A stretch of DNA of 38,924 nt. It comes from Chloroflexota bacterium. GTDB lineage: Bacteria; Chloroflexota; Limnocylindria; P2-11E. How positions within the stretch are numbered: the stretch's first letter is position 1; every line of letters begins with the position of its first letter. Both the position numbers and the translations under genes were made by a program. The notes under the pieces are model-generated. The model was not told where the DNA came from, ran no database searches, and was given only the letters and a program-made list of their open reading frames with translations. Of the stretch, positions 20,790 to 29,799 are shown one piece after another. The stretch is taken from positions 1 to 38,924 of the forward strand of contig VGOU01000003.1 in NCBI GenBank assembly GCA_016875795.1, in the 5' to 3' direction.

Positions 20790-21216
20790 GAAGGTGAACC
20801 TCGCCGGCCGCGCGCGGGAGGCGCTGCACGCTCGCACGTGACACCGCGATGCCCTCGCGCTCAGTTAGGAGATCGGCCGGGTGGCTGTCGTCGATCCCGG
20901 CGTACGTCTCTTCGCGAGCGCGACGATGCGCTCGGCGACGGCGCGGTCGATCGCATTCGATGGGCGTCGCCCAGCGTTCCCGTGGACCAGCGCGGCGGGA
21001 CCGCGTGATTCGAAGCACGCCCGCAGCCGCCGGACGGTGCGCTCGGAGATCCCGAGGAGGAGGGCCGCGTCAGCGACCGTGACCTTGCCCGCGATGACCA
21101 TCGTCAGGACGAGGGCGCGAGGTGCAGGCTGGGGCATGTTCTGCCCGTCCCTTCCCTCCGCGGGCTGGACAGGATCGCTGAGCGGTTCCCCCGGTCAGAT
21201 TCGCTGGGCAGCAACG
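20790..21216 (-). mobile_element. Truncated, frameshifted ISNCY/IS1202-like IS remnant (left end + N-terminal HTH)
   Basis: HTH AALLLGISERTVRRL and LVHGNAGRRP. Homology continues in another frame (YAGIDDSHPADLLTEREGIAVSRASVQRL). No DDE domain. Subterminal direct repeats at 21167-21183 and 21193-21209. Downstream boundary is approximate. Confidence 0.75.
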
Positions 21217-21269
21217 GGACAGCTGGCAGGTGGTGGACAGGGCGGGCAGACTGGTCGCCGGGGATCACG

Positions 21270-22379
21270 ATGGACAGGCGCCGGCTGCTGATGATGTCCA
21301 GCGTCCTTCTGGTCGTCGCGGTCATCGGTGCGGGCGTGACCGGCCAGATCGCGGTCGCGTTCGACATCAACCGCTTCGCGCTCCACCGCTACATCGCGTA
21401 CACGCTGCTGGCGCTCGCGTTGCTTCACGTCGTCCTGGTCGCACCCACGTTGATCGGGCTGCTCCGGCACTGGAGCATGCCCCGCAGGCGCGCGCACAAG
21501 GCGCCGCCGGCACCCGCGAGCGCACCGCTCGGGCGCCGCTCGGCCCTGCGCATCGGGCTCGGCCTTGCCGCCTCCGCAGGCGCGGGCGCGGCGATCGGCT
21601 TCTGGCGTCGAGGCCTCGACGTGCCGGCCGAGCTGAACGAGGCGGGCGACCTGGGCGTCCTCTACCACCGCTGGAGCAGGCCGACCTACGCGGGAGGGCT
21701 GCTGAAGAGCCTCGGCGCGATCGCCCAGCCACCGCTGTACAAGGAGATCCCGGGGAGGATGGCCCACACGCTGCCTCCGCCCACGGACCTTGCGCGCATG
21801 CCCCTGCACCAGGCGATCCGGCAGCGCCGCTCGCGGCGCGACTTCGCCGACCGTGAGCTCCCGATGCAGCAGCTGTCCGACCTGCTCTTCCTTGCGGCGG
21901 GCGAGACCGATCACGCGGACCAAGGCTGGCCGTTCCGCGCGTTCCCCTCGAGCGGCGCCCTCTACCCGACCGAGACCTATGTCGCGGTCCGCTCGGTCGG
22001 CGGCCTGGAGCCGGGCGTGTACCACTACCAGCCGGCGCGTCACGCGCTTGCGCTGGTCCGGGCGGGCGACCTGAGCAGGGTGCTGATGCGCGCCGCGGTG
22101 GAACAGGAGATGGTCGCTGCGGCTGCCGCGACCTTCGTGCTCGCGTCACTCTTCGACCGCGCGCGCTTCAAGTACCAGGACCGCTCCTACCGCTACGCGC
22201 TGATCGAGGCCGGGCACCTGGGCCAGAACCTATACCTGTGCGCCGAGGCCCTCGGTCTCGGCTGCTGCGGGATCGGTGCGTTCTTCGACGATGACGTCAA
22301 CGCGCTCATCGGCGTCGACGGCCTCCAAGAAGCCAGCGTGTACCTGCTCGCGGTGGGCCCGCGGCACGCGTCGACCTAG
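21270..22379 (+). CDS. SagB/ThcOx-family FMN nitroreductase-fold protein with N-terminal membrane domain
   Basis: RRSRRDF, RAFPSSGALYPTETY, GVYHYQP, KYQDRSYRYALIEAGHLGQN, IGAFFDD. N-terminal TM helices. Confidence 0.9.
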   Translation: MDRRRLLMMSSVLLVVAVIGAGVTGQIAVAFDINRFALHRYIAYTLLALALLHVVLVAPTLIGLLRHWSMPRRRAHKAPPAPASAPLGRRSALRIGLGLAASAGAGAAIGFWRRGLDVPAELNEAGDLGVLYHRWSRPTYAGGLLKSLGAIAQPPLYKEIPGRMAHTLPPPTDLARMPLHQAIRQRRSRRDFADRELPMQQLSDLLFLAAGETDHADQGWPFRAFPSSGALYPTETYVAVRSVGGLEPGVYHYQPARHALALVRAGDLSRVLMRAAVEQEMVAAAAATFVLASLFDRARFKYQDRSYRYALIEAGHLGQNLYLCAEALGLGCCGIGAFFDDDVNALIGVDGLQEASVYLLAVGPRHAST

Positions 22380-22395
22380 GCCCCATACGTTGAAG

Positions 22396-22770
22396 TCAAG
22401 CGGTTGACGGCGGAGCGGCGAGGTCCAGGCCGCTCCGCCAGACGCCCCAGACGATCGCGAGCGCCTTCTTCATGCAGTGGCCGACCGCGTTCATCTTCGA
22501 CTTGCCCTGGGCGCGCTTGCGTGCGTAGTGCGCGCGGATGAGCGGGCTGTGGGTGATGCCGACGATGGCCATCTGGTACAGCGCGGTGCGTAGGTGGGCG
22601 TTGCCGGCCTTGGACATGCTCCAGCTCGTCTCGGGATCCTTGCCCTTCTCGCCGCTGCTCTTCTCCGCCGGGTGCACGCCCGCGTAGGCGACCGGCTTGT
22701 CGAGGCTCTCGAAGCGAGCGATGTCCCCGATCTCGGCGATGAGCGTGGCCGCCGTCGCCGGGCCGACGCG
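22396..22770 (-). pseudogene. IS110-family transposase remnant (C-terminal Tnp domain only)
   Basis: VGPATAATLIAEIGDIARF, AYAGVHPxxxSSG, SKAGNAHLRTALY. The N-terminal DEDD RuvC domain is absent. Confidence 0.85.
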
Positions 22771-22873
22771 GCGGTCTTCTTCAGACACCACGTCCGTGCA
22801 CTCCAACTCCCATCCGGAGCTTGTGCCCGAGATCGGCTACATGCTTGGCTACACAGCTGAGGCTTGGGGCCGA

Positions 22874-22898
22874 GAAGGCCCATAGATGCTGGGCCTTC
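22874..22898 (-). terminator. Hairpin immediately downstream of the tmRNA 3' end
   Basis: GAAGGCCCA-N7-TGGGCCTTC stem; U-tract is weak. Confidence 0.5.
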
Positions 22899-22902
22899 CC
22901 TG

Positions 22903-23248
22903 TGGAGATGGGGGAGGGTCGAACTCCCCGTCCAGAGCCATCGAACGATCCGCGTCCACGAAGCCTCGTCGGCGCTCTGCATCTCGCGGTCCCGGTCGCG
23001 CACCGACGCGCTACCGGATCCGCCAGCCCGGTGGTCTTAGGCCCGCTCACCGGACGTCGGCGGGCCGCACCTCCGCTCTCTCGTCCTCACCGGTCCGCGG
23101 AGGGGGGACCGGCGGGACGCTCACTGACTAGGCAGCGAGGGCGTAAGAGTTGTTGGCAGTTGTCTGCCTGCTGCTCGGTTCACGGGGTGAACAGCACCCC
23201 CGGCTCGCAACGGATCGCTCTCCTGCCCTGTCGAAACCACGCATCCCC
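22903..23248 (-). ncRNA. ssrA: tmRNA; tag peptide (A)ANNSYALAA
   Basis: 5' GGGGAUG...UUCGAC pairs with 3' CAUCUCC-A (G3:U pair). T-arm GGGAG-UUCGACC-CUCCC. Tag ORF 23128-23157 follows ACAACU. TACAAT -10 at 23273-23278. Confidence 0.97.
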
Positions 23249-24082
23249 GTGATCCCGCTAGGGACGAGTACCATTGTACCCGCGAAGACCCGCTTGCTCG
23301 GTGCCCTCCTCGTGCTCGCCGCGTGCAGTGGTGCAGGCGAGGTGACGCTCCGCACGGCATCGCCGACGCCCACGCTCACGCCGATCGCGACGCGCACGCC
23401 GGCGCCCACGGCGGTGGCCGCATCACCCGCCGCGTCGCCGAGCGCGAGCCCGACGCCGATCGTCCACCCGCCAGGCCAGACGCACTACGTCGCGATGGGC
23501 GCGTCCGACACCGTGGGCGTGGGATCGCTCGATCCGCTGAACGGGTCGTGGCCGTCGCGCGTCGCGGCGCTGCTCCCGCCGGGCAGCACGTACCGGAACC
23601 TCGGGGTGCGCGGATCGCTCACCGCGCAGGCCCAGCGTGATCAGCTGCCTGTCGCGATCCGCGAGCAGCCGACCATCGTGACGATCTGGCTCGCGGTGAA
23701 CGACATGCTCGCGCAGGTCCCCGCCGGCGCGTACGGCGCGTCCCTCGCCGCGATCCTCGATGCGCTCGTCCAGGGGACGGAGGCGAGGATCTTCGTCGGC
23801 AACGTCCCCGACCTCCGCGCCGTGCCGATCTTCCGCGCCGTCGATCCCGCGGTGGTCCTCGCTCTCGTCCAGGCGTACAACTTCCAGGTCACGACCGCGG
23901 CCGCGAAGCACCCCGGACGCGTCGTGGGTGTGGACATCTTCGCCGGCTCGGCGGAGCTGACGACGGACATCACCGTGTCGGCGGACGGCTTCCACCCGTC
24001 GGACAACGGCTACGCGCTCATCGCCTGGCGCTTCGCGGACGCGATGCGCCGCAGAGGGATCCCCCTGAAGGCCACGCCCTAG
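23249..24082 (+). CDS. SGNH/GDSL hydrolase lipoprotein
   Basis: Lipobox LAAC, Pro/Thr linker, GASDTVG, NLGVRG, AVND, DGFHP. Start is uncertain (GTG 23249 or TTG 23294). Confidence 0.85.
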   Translation: MIPLGTSTIVPAKTRLLGALLVLAACSGAGEVTLRTASPTPTLTPIATRTPAPTAVAASPAASPSASPTPIVHPPGQTHYVAMGASDTVGVGSLDPLNGSWPSRVAALLPPGSTYRNLGVRGSLTAQAQRDQLPVAIREQPTIVTIWLAVNDMLAQVPAGAYGASLAAILDALVQGTEARIFVGNVPDLRAVPIFRAVDPAVVLALVQAYNFQVTTAAAKHPGRVVGVDIFAGSAELTTDITVSADGFHPSDNGYALIAWRFADAMRRRGIPLKATP

Positions 24083-25308
24083 GACTCGGCTGGTTCCGCT
24101 TCGGTCGAGGGTGCGAGCGCACGCCCGACCGCCGGCTCGTACGCGCGCGTGGCGCGGAAGTACAGCGCGATGCCCGCCACCATCACCGTGATCACGGCGA
24201 AGAGCACGTAGCGCGGCTCGAGGATCCCGAGCAGGAATGACGCGAGGAACGGCGCGATCGTGCCGCGGATGCCGACGAGGAACGACTGCGCTGTGGCGTA
24301 GTCGAGCACGCGCCCCTTCGGGGCCACCTGCACGATCACCGTGTGGTACGTGATCTCCCACCCCGCGTTCAGGATCCCCTGCACGACGGCGAGCGGAACG
24401 AGGAACCACAGGTTCGGCGCGAACAGGTATGTGAGCGGGGTGGCGAAACAGATCACGTTCTGATAGGCGGTCGGCCAGAGCGACGAGCCGCGGTCGATGA
24501 GCCGGCCCCACCACAGGTACGCGACGCTCGCGGTGAGCGCGCTGATCGATCCGAGCGCTCCGACGAACGAGTTCGGCGCGTCGAAGTGGTCCACGAGCAT
24601 GAGCGGGACGATCGTCACGTTCATCAGGTTGCCGATGCCGAACACGCTGTTCGCCAGGAGCAGCTGCCGGTAGCGCCTGTCCTCCCATACCGTCTTCGCG
24701 ATGAGCGGGAGCGCGCGCCGCCGCGGCGCCGAGGTGCGGTGCTCCTCGCGGATCCAGAAGAACGCGATCGAGCCGGGCAGCGAGAGGATCGTCGCGGCCG
24801 CGAACACCGCCGTGGCCGACCCGGCGTCGATGAGGACGCCGGCGACGGCCGCGGAGATGACGCTCGCTACCGAGGCCCCCACGCGCACCTTCGCCATGGC
24901 CTGCCCGCGCTCGCTGTCGGGATAGATCGCCGCCATGACCGTCGTGTACGCGGCTATGTTCGCGAGCGTGATGACCCAGAACGCGAGCGTGGTCACGCCG
25001 AGCATGAGCGGCGTCGTCGCGATCAGGACGCCGACGAGGAACACGCTGCGCGCGGCGGTGATCGCCGCGGCGACCACACGGACGGGCGGCAGGCCGGAGA
25101 GCAGCCAGATCCAGATCGGCGACAGCAGGTGGCCGATGAACGGCGCGGCGACGACGAGCGCGACGTCGAAGGTCGTGCCGCCCATGCGGCGCACGACGAC
25201 GGGCATGAAGCCGACCAGGACGGCGGTCCACAGGCCGGCGCAGATGGCGGCGAAGAGGTCGATCCTGAAGTTGCGCCGGACGAGCTCCGGTGAGTGCGTG
25301 GGCGACAT
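24079..25308 (-). CDS. MFS transporter
   Basis: About 410 aa with about 12 hydrophobic segments, YPDSERGQA and GRLIDRG loop motifs. Confidence 0.85.
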   Translation of the reverse strand: MSPTHSPELVRRNFRIDLFAAICAGLWTAVLVGFMPVVVRRMGGTTFDVALVVAAPFIGHLLSPIWIWLLSGLPPVRVVAAAITAARSVFLVGVLIATTPLMLGVTTLAFWVITLANIAAYTTVMAAIYPDSERGQAMAKVRVGASVASVISAAVAGVLIDAGSATAVFAAATILSLPGSIAFFWIREEHRTSAPRRRALPLIAKTVWEDRRYRQLLLANSVFGIGNLMNVTIVPLMLVDHFDAPNSFVGALGSISALTASVAYLWWGRLIDRGSSLWPTAYQNVICFATPLTYLFAPNLWFLVPLAVVQGILNAGWEITYHTVIVQVAPKGRVLDYATAQSFLVGIRGTIAPFLASFLLGILEPRYVLFAVITVMVAGIALYFRATRAYEPAVGRALAPSTEAEPAES

Positions 25309-25360
25309 CGGAGCCAACGCTATCTGGGCCGCCCGCCGTGGTCTGTACCGCGCTACTCGA

Positions 25361-26257
25361 TCAAGGGCGATCGATCCGGGGCCGCGACGCTCCGTAACGG
25401 GAGCGGAACCCGCCGCCCCCGCCGCGGGGATCGAACATGCGGCGCGGGCCCATCGGGCGCCGCATCGGGCCGCCCGGGCGGAAGCCTGGGCGCATGCCGA
25501 CGGGGCCGTGCGCCCCGGGCGCGGTGGAGCTGATGACGACGCGTCGGTTCGGCTCGAGACCGACGGACTCGGTGCGCAGGCCGGGCGTGCCCTGCACGGC
25601 GAGGTGAACGACGCGGCGCTCGTACGCGAGCATCGGCTCGAGCGTCACGGCCTGGCCCGTCGCGCGGACGCGCTCGGCGACGCGCTTCGCCACCTCGCGC
25701 AGCTGGTCCTCGCGCCGGCGCCGGTAGCCCTCGACGTCGACCGGGATGTGCACGGTGCGCCCGGCCTTCTTCGAGGTGATGGCCGAGACGACCTGCTGCA
25801 GCGCGACGAGGTTCTCGCCGCCGCGCCCGATGAGCACGCCGAGGTCGCCGCCGCTGATCTCGACGCCCTCGCGCCCCGGGATCTGCTCGATCTTCACGTC
25901 GGCTTCGATGCCCATGACGTCGAGGATTTCCTTCGCGACCTGCCCGCCGATCGGCAGCGCCTCGCCGAGCGCCGCCGCGGGCTCCTCCTCGTCCTCGACC
26001 GCGTCGTGCGCCGCGCCGGGACGGCGCGGGACCTCGGCCTCGTCGACGGACGGCTGCGGCTCCTCGCTCTCCGTCTCCTCGTAGGAGAGGAGCACGCGCG
26101 CGTCCTCGCCGCCGAGGCCGAGCATGTTCGCGGGCTTCCCCTTCGCGAGGATCTCGATGTCCACCTGGTCGCGGCGCTTGCCGAGCTCGCGCAGGCCGCG
26201 CTCGATCGCTTCCTCGACCGTGCGTCCCGTGAACTCGTCCCCTCGGATCGGGCTCAC
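25361..26257 (-). CDS. khpB: Jag/KhpB/EloR RNA-binding protein
   Basis: Jag-N (GRTVEEAI), KH (LIGRGGENL), R3H (LEPMLAYERRVVH, GLEPNRRVVI). Confidence 0.94.
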   Translation of the reverse strand: MSPIRGDEFTGRTVEEAIERGLRELGKRRDQVDIEILAKGKPANMLGLGGEDARVLLSYEETESEEPQPSVDEAEVPRRPGAAHDAVEDEEEPAAALGEALPIGGQVAKEILDVMGIEADVKIEQIPGREGVEISGGDLGVLIGRGGENLVALQQVVSAITSKKAGRTVHIPVDVEGYRRRREDQLREVAKRVAERVRATGQAVTLEPMLAYERRVVHLAVQGTPGLRTESVGLEPNRRVVISSTAPGAHGPVGMRPGFRPGGPMRRPMGPRRMFDPRGGGGGFRSRYGASRPRIDRP

Positions 26258-27198
26258 CGTCCCCTCCTCCTCCGCCGGCGCGAGCGGCGATCGTCCGCGT
26301 CCCCACCGGTCTCGCCACCAGCGGCGCCGCCCATGTCCGCCTCGACCTCGCGGATCGCCGCCTTCTGGCTCTTCGCGATCTCGCTGTCGGCGGGAGACGG
26401 GGTCTCGCGGAGGAAGGGCAGCCAGCGCGCGAGCTGCCCCCACCCGGTGAGGAAGTACTGCTGCACGATCTGGAACACCGTCGTCGCCACCCAGTAGACG
26501 GCGAGGCCCGCGGGGAACGAGGCCGAGATGACGACCGTGATGATCGGGAAGTAGTAGGTCATCGACTGCATCATCCGGACCTGTGGGTCGTCCGACTTCG
26601 CCGCGTTGAGCGGCTGCGCCATGAGCGACGCGATGAGCTGCGTCACCCCGGCGAGGATCGGGAGGACGTACAGCGGGTCGGGGTTCTGGAGCCCCGGGAT
26701 CCACGGGAGCCAGTTCGCCGCGGTGCTGAGGCGCTCGCCCTCGGCGAGAGGGTTCGACAGGAACCAGAAGCGGATCCGGTCGATCTCGCCGGCGGTGAGC
26801 GCGCCGGCGCAGTTCGCGCCGAGGTCGCGGCCGAGCCCGCAGCCCGCCTGGATGAACGCCGAGTACATGGCGAAGAGGATCGGCATCTGGAGGAGGAGCG
26901 GGAGGCACCCCGCGGCGGGGTTCACGCCCTTCTCGCGGTAGAGCTTCATCTGCTCCTCGGCCACGCGCTGCTTGTCCTTGCCGTACCTCGTGCGCATCTC
27001 CTGGAGGGCCGGCGCGAGCTCCTGCATCGCGCGCTGCGAGCGGATCTGTGCGACGAACAGCGGGTAGAGCAGGAGCCGGATGAGGAGGGTGACGCCGACG
27101 ATCGCCAGCCCGAAGTCGGGGAAGATCCCGTACCAGAACGCGAGGAGCGACAGGAGCGGATGGACGAGGAGGAAGTTCCAGAGGCCGACGATGTCCAT
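26254..27198 (-). CDS. yidC: Membrane protein insertase YidC
   Basis: FGLAIVGVTLLIRLLLYPL, GCLPLLLQMPI, PAGLAVYW, QQY. Confidence 0.96.
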   Translation of the reverse strand: MDIVGLWNFLLVHPLLSLLAFWYGIFPDFGLAIVGVTLLIRLLLYPLFVAQIRSQRAMQELAPALQEMRTRYGKDKQRVAEEQMKLYREKGVNPAAGCLPLLLQMPILFAMYSAFIQAGCGLGRDLGANCAGALTAGEIDRIRFWFLSNPLAEGERLSTAANWLPWIPGLQNPDPLYVLPILAGVTQLIASLMAQPLNAAKSDDPQVRMMQSMTYYFPIITVVISASFPAGLAVYWVATTVFQIVQQYFLTGWGQLARWLPFLRETPSPADSEIAKSQKAAIREVEADMGGAAGGETGGDADDRRSRRRRRRGR

Positions 27199-27423
27199 CT
27201 AGCGGGCGTGCCCGTTCGGGACGGGGTCGCAGCCGCCGCGCGCGAACGGGTGGCACGAGAGCACGCGGCGCACGGCGAGGAAGGTCCCCCGGCCGAGCCC
27301 GTGGCGCTCGACGGCCTCGGCGGCGTACTCCGAGCACGTCGGTGTGTAGCGGCAGGCGGGCGGCAGGAGCGGGCTCACGGCGCGCTTGTACCAGCGCAGG
27401 GCCCACAGCACGGCGCCCTTCAC
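27199..27423 (-). CDS. yidD: Membrane protein insertion efficiency factor YidD
   Basis: [24 protein letters not shown]. Confidence 0.95.
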   Translation of the reverse strand: MKGAVLWALRWYKRAVSPLLPPACRYTPTCSEYAAEAVERHGLGRGTFLAVRRVLSCHPFARGGCDPVPNGHAR

Positions 27424-27761
27424 CGCGCCGCGCCCAGGAGCTCGTCGAGTTGCTTCGCGACGGCGGTGCGCAGGGCCGCCGCGGGCGCGTCGAGCGCCGG
27501 CGCGCGGGCCACGACGAAGAGGTCCGTGCCGGGAGCGCCGCGGCGCGCGAGGAGGAGGGTGCGGATCGCCTCGCGGACGCGCCGGCGCGCGCGATTCCGC
27601 CTCGTCGCCACACCGACCGCGCGCGGTGACGCGACCGCGACACGAACGACGTCGAGGCCGTTCGGGCGCGCGCGCATGGTGAACAGCCGGTCGGACCTCA
27701 CCTCACCGCCCTCGCGCACGAGCTCGATGTCCTTCGTGCGCCGCAAGCGCATCGCGCGCAT
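27420..27761 (-). CDS. rnpA: Ribonuclease P protein component
   Basis: [13 protein letters not shown] (RNR motif), DLFVVAR. Lies between rpmH and yidD. Confidence 0.92.
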   Translation of the reverse strand: MRAMRLRRTKDIELVREGGEVRSDRLFTMRARPNGLDVVRVAVASPRAVGVATRRNRARRRVREAIRTLLLARRGAPGTDLFVVARAPALDAPAAALRTAVAKQLDELLGAAR

Positions 27762-27772
27762 CGGATGCGCGC

Positions 27773-27913
27773 TTACTTGGTGACGGTGAGGCGCTCGCGG
27801 CCGCGCGCGCGACGCCGGGCGAGGGTCTTGCGGCCGCCGGTCGAGCTCATGCGCTGCCGGAATCCGTGCGCGCGCGCGCGACGGCGGGCCTTGGGCTGAT
27901 ACGTACGCTTCAC
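27773..27913 (-). CDS. rpmH: 50S ribosomal protein L34
   Basis: [43 protein letters not shown] with GAGAGG RBS. Confidence 0.97.
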   Translation of the reverse strand: MKRTYQPKARRRARAHGFRQRMSSTGGRKTLARRRARGRERLTVTK

Positions 27914-28091
27914 GTCGGTGGATCCTCTCTCGGGATGGCTCTCGTAAGGACGTCGCCGACACACCGTAGCGGCGGCAGCGCGTCCCGATCAGTGTATCGT
28001 TCCCCCGCTTCCAAGGGGACGGTGAACGTTCGCGACTCCGCTCGCATTCTTCGGTGCGGTATTCGCGTTGCTCGGCGGTAGCGTCGTGTAG

Positions 28092-29507
28092 ATGGGGAAG
28101 GACAGGATGGTCGAACGGGTAGAGGGCCGCACCGATCTCCAGCGCGTTTGGGCAGCCGCTCTCGGCGAGATCCAGCTGAGCGTCACGAAGCCGAACTTCG
28201 AGACGTGGTTCAAGGACACGACCATCCTCTCCGAGGAGGATGGCCAGTACTGCGTCGCGGTGCCGAACGCGTTCGCGCGCGAGTGGCTCGAGAACAAGTA
28301 CCGGCCGCAGGTCCGCCAGGCCCTCCAGCACATCGTCGGGCGCACCGTGGACGTGAAGTTCGTGACCGCCCCGGCGGGCGGGGCCGCCCGGAGCGGCGGA
28401 GCGGGGCCGAAGCTCGGCATCCCCGCGGCGCAGCTCGCCGCCGCCCCCCAGACGGCCCCGGAACGGCGGGAAGCGGCCGTCTCCGCGGTCCTGAACCCCC
28501 GCTACTCGTTCTCCACGTTCGTAGTCGGCAGCAACAACCGGCTGGCCCACGCGGCCGCGCTGTCGGTCGCGGAGCGACCGGGCCACTCGTACAACCCGCT
28601 CTTCGTCTACGGCGGCAGCGGGCTGGGTAAGACCCACCTCATGCACGCGATCGGCAACGCGGTGATGTCGCGTCATCCGCGCAAGCGCGTGGTGTACGCG
28701 ACGAGCGAGAAGTTCACGAACGAGTTCATCAACGCGATCAAGTCGCAGAAGATGGACGAGTTCCGCGAGCGCTACCGGCGGATCGACGTGTTCCTCATCG
28801 ACGACATCCAGTTCATCGCCGGTAAGGAGAGCACGCAGGACGAGTTCTTCCACACGTTCAACTCGATCCACGAGGAAGGCAAGCAGATCGTCCTCTCGAG
28901 CGACCGGCCGCCGAAGGCCATCGCGAGCCTCGAGCAGCGGCTCCGCTCGCGCTTCGAGTGGGGACTCATCGCCGACATCTCGCCGCCGGACCTCGAGACG
29001 CGCATCGCGATCCTCCGTGCGAAGGCCGAGGCGCAGAGCGTGCCGATCCCGCCGCCGGTCATCGACTACCTCGCGCAGCGCATCGTCTCGAACATCCGCG
29101 AGCTCGAGGGCGCGCTGACGCGCGTCGTGGCCCACGCCACCCTCTACGCCGTCCCGGTGACGACGGAGATCGCGCAGCAGATGCTCCAGCACATCCTGCA
29201 GAGCTCGAGGCGGCAGACGCTCAGCCCCGAGAAGATCGTCGAGATAGTCGCGCGCTACTACCAAGTCCCGGTCGAGCAGCTGCGCGGGAAGGCCCGCGAC
29301 CGGCAGATCGTCCTCCCGCGCCAGGTCGCGATGTATCTCATGCGCGAGGAGACCGAGGCGCCGCTCCTGCGGATCGGTGCGGCGCTCGGCGGCCGCGACC
29401 ACTCCACGGTGCTGCACGGCTGCGAGAAGATCGAGCGGGAGATGCAGGAGAGCGACGATTTCCGCCGCGAACTGAACTCGCTGCGAGAGATGCTGTACGC
29501 GCAGTAG
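28092..29507 (+). CDS. dnaA: Chromosomal replication initiator DnaA
   Basis: [48 protein letters not shown]. Confidence 0.98.
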   Translation: MGKDRMVERVEGRTDLQRVWAAALGEIQLSVTKPNFETWFKDTTILSEEDGQYCVAVPNAFAREWLENKYRPQVRQALQHIVGRTVDVKFVTAPAGGAARSGGAGPKLGIPAAQLAAAPQTAPERREAAVSAVLNPRYSFSTFVVGSNNRLAHAAALSVAERPGHSYNPLFVYGGSGLGKTHLMHAIGNAVMSRHPRKRVVYATSEKFTNEFINAIKSQKMDEFRERYRRIDVFLIDDIQFIAGKESTQDEFFHTFNSIHEEGKQIVLSSDRPPKAIASLEQRLRSRFEWGLIADISPPDLETRIAILRAKAEAQSVPIPPPVIDYLAQRIVSNIRELEGALTRVVAHATLYAVPVTTEIAQQMLQHILQSSRRQTLSPEKIVEIVARYYQVPVEQLRGKARDRQIVLPRQVAMYLMREETEAPLLRIGAALGGRDHSTVLHGCEKIEREMQESDDFRRELNSLREMLYAQ

Positions 29508-29799
29508 GGGCATTTTTCGGGCTTTTTGTGGACAAGGCCCATTTTCCCGTGGATAAGACCTTTGGATCGTGGATAGCGCCTCTCCTGACAATGTCTTGAT
29601 CAGCGGCTCCTGTATCGTTCCGTGACAACGCCTGAATCCCTGTCCAACTGATCCCGCCGCGCCTCCACAGCGCGTCCATGGCCGAAGACCTTGTAGTAGT
29701 GCGGTGCGGAGGGGCAAGCCGTATGGTCCACACCGCCACTACGACAACGACGTATCCGATCGATCATCCATCCACGAACGAGGAACAGGGAGGGTCCGC
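29508..29799. other. Putative oriC (dnaA-dnaN intergenic region)
   Basis: DnaA-box-like 9-mers TGTGGACAA (29527-35), CGTGGATAA (29548-56), CGTGGATAG (29568-76) and TGGTCCACA (29724-32). The last is followed by CCGC and NAC trio-like repeats. Lower GC than the flanks. Confidence 0.8.

Noticed and set aside
20830-20845. CACGTG-centred sequence as a second parS
   Set aside because: Flanks are not palindromic and it lies within the transposase remnant.
21270-22379. Thiazole/oxazole RiPP biosynthetic cluster
   Set aside because: No YcaO, E1-like partner or Cys/Ser/Thr-rich precursor in the window.
20770-22902. Integrase-type genomic island with attL/attR at ssrA, or a dif-like target for the IS1202-like element
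   Set aside because: No integrase, no duplicated tmRNA 3' end and no XerC/D-like site were seen.
23150-23248. ORF-track N-terminal extension of the SGNH protein
   Set aside because: It is antisense to the tmRNA, and the lipoprotein signal lies downstream.
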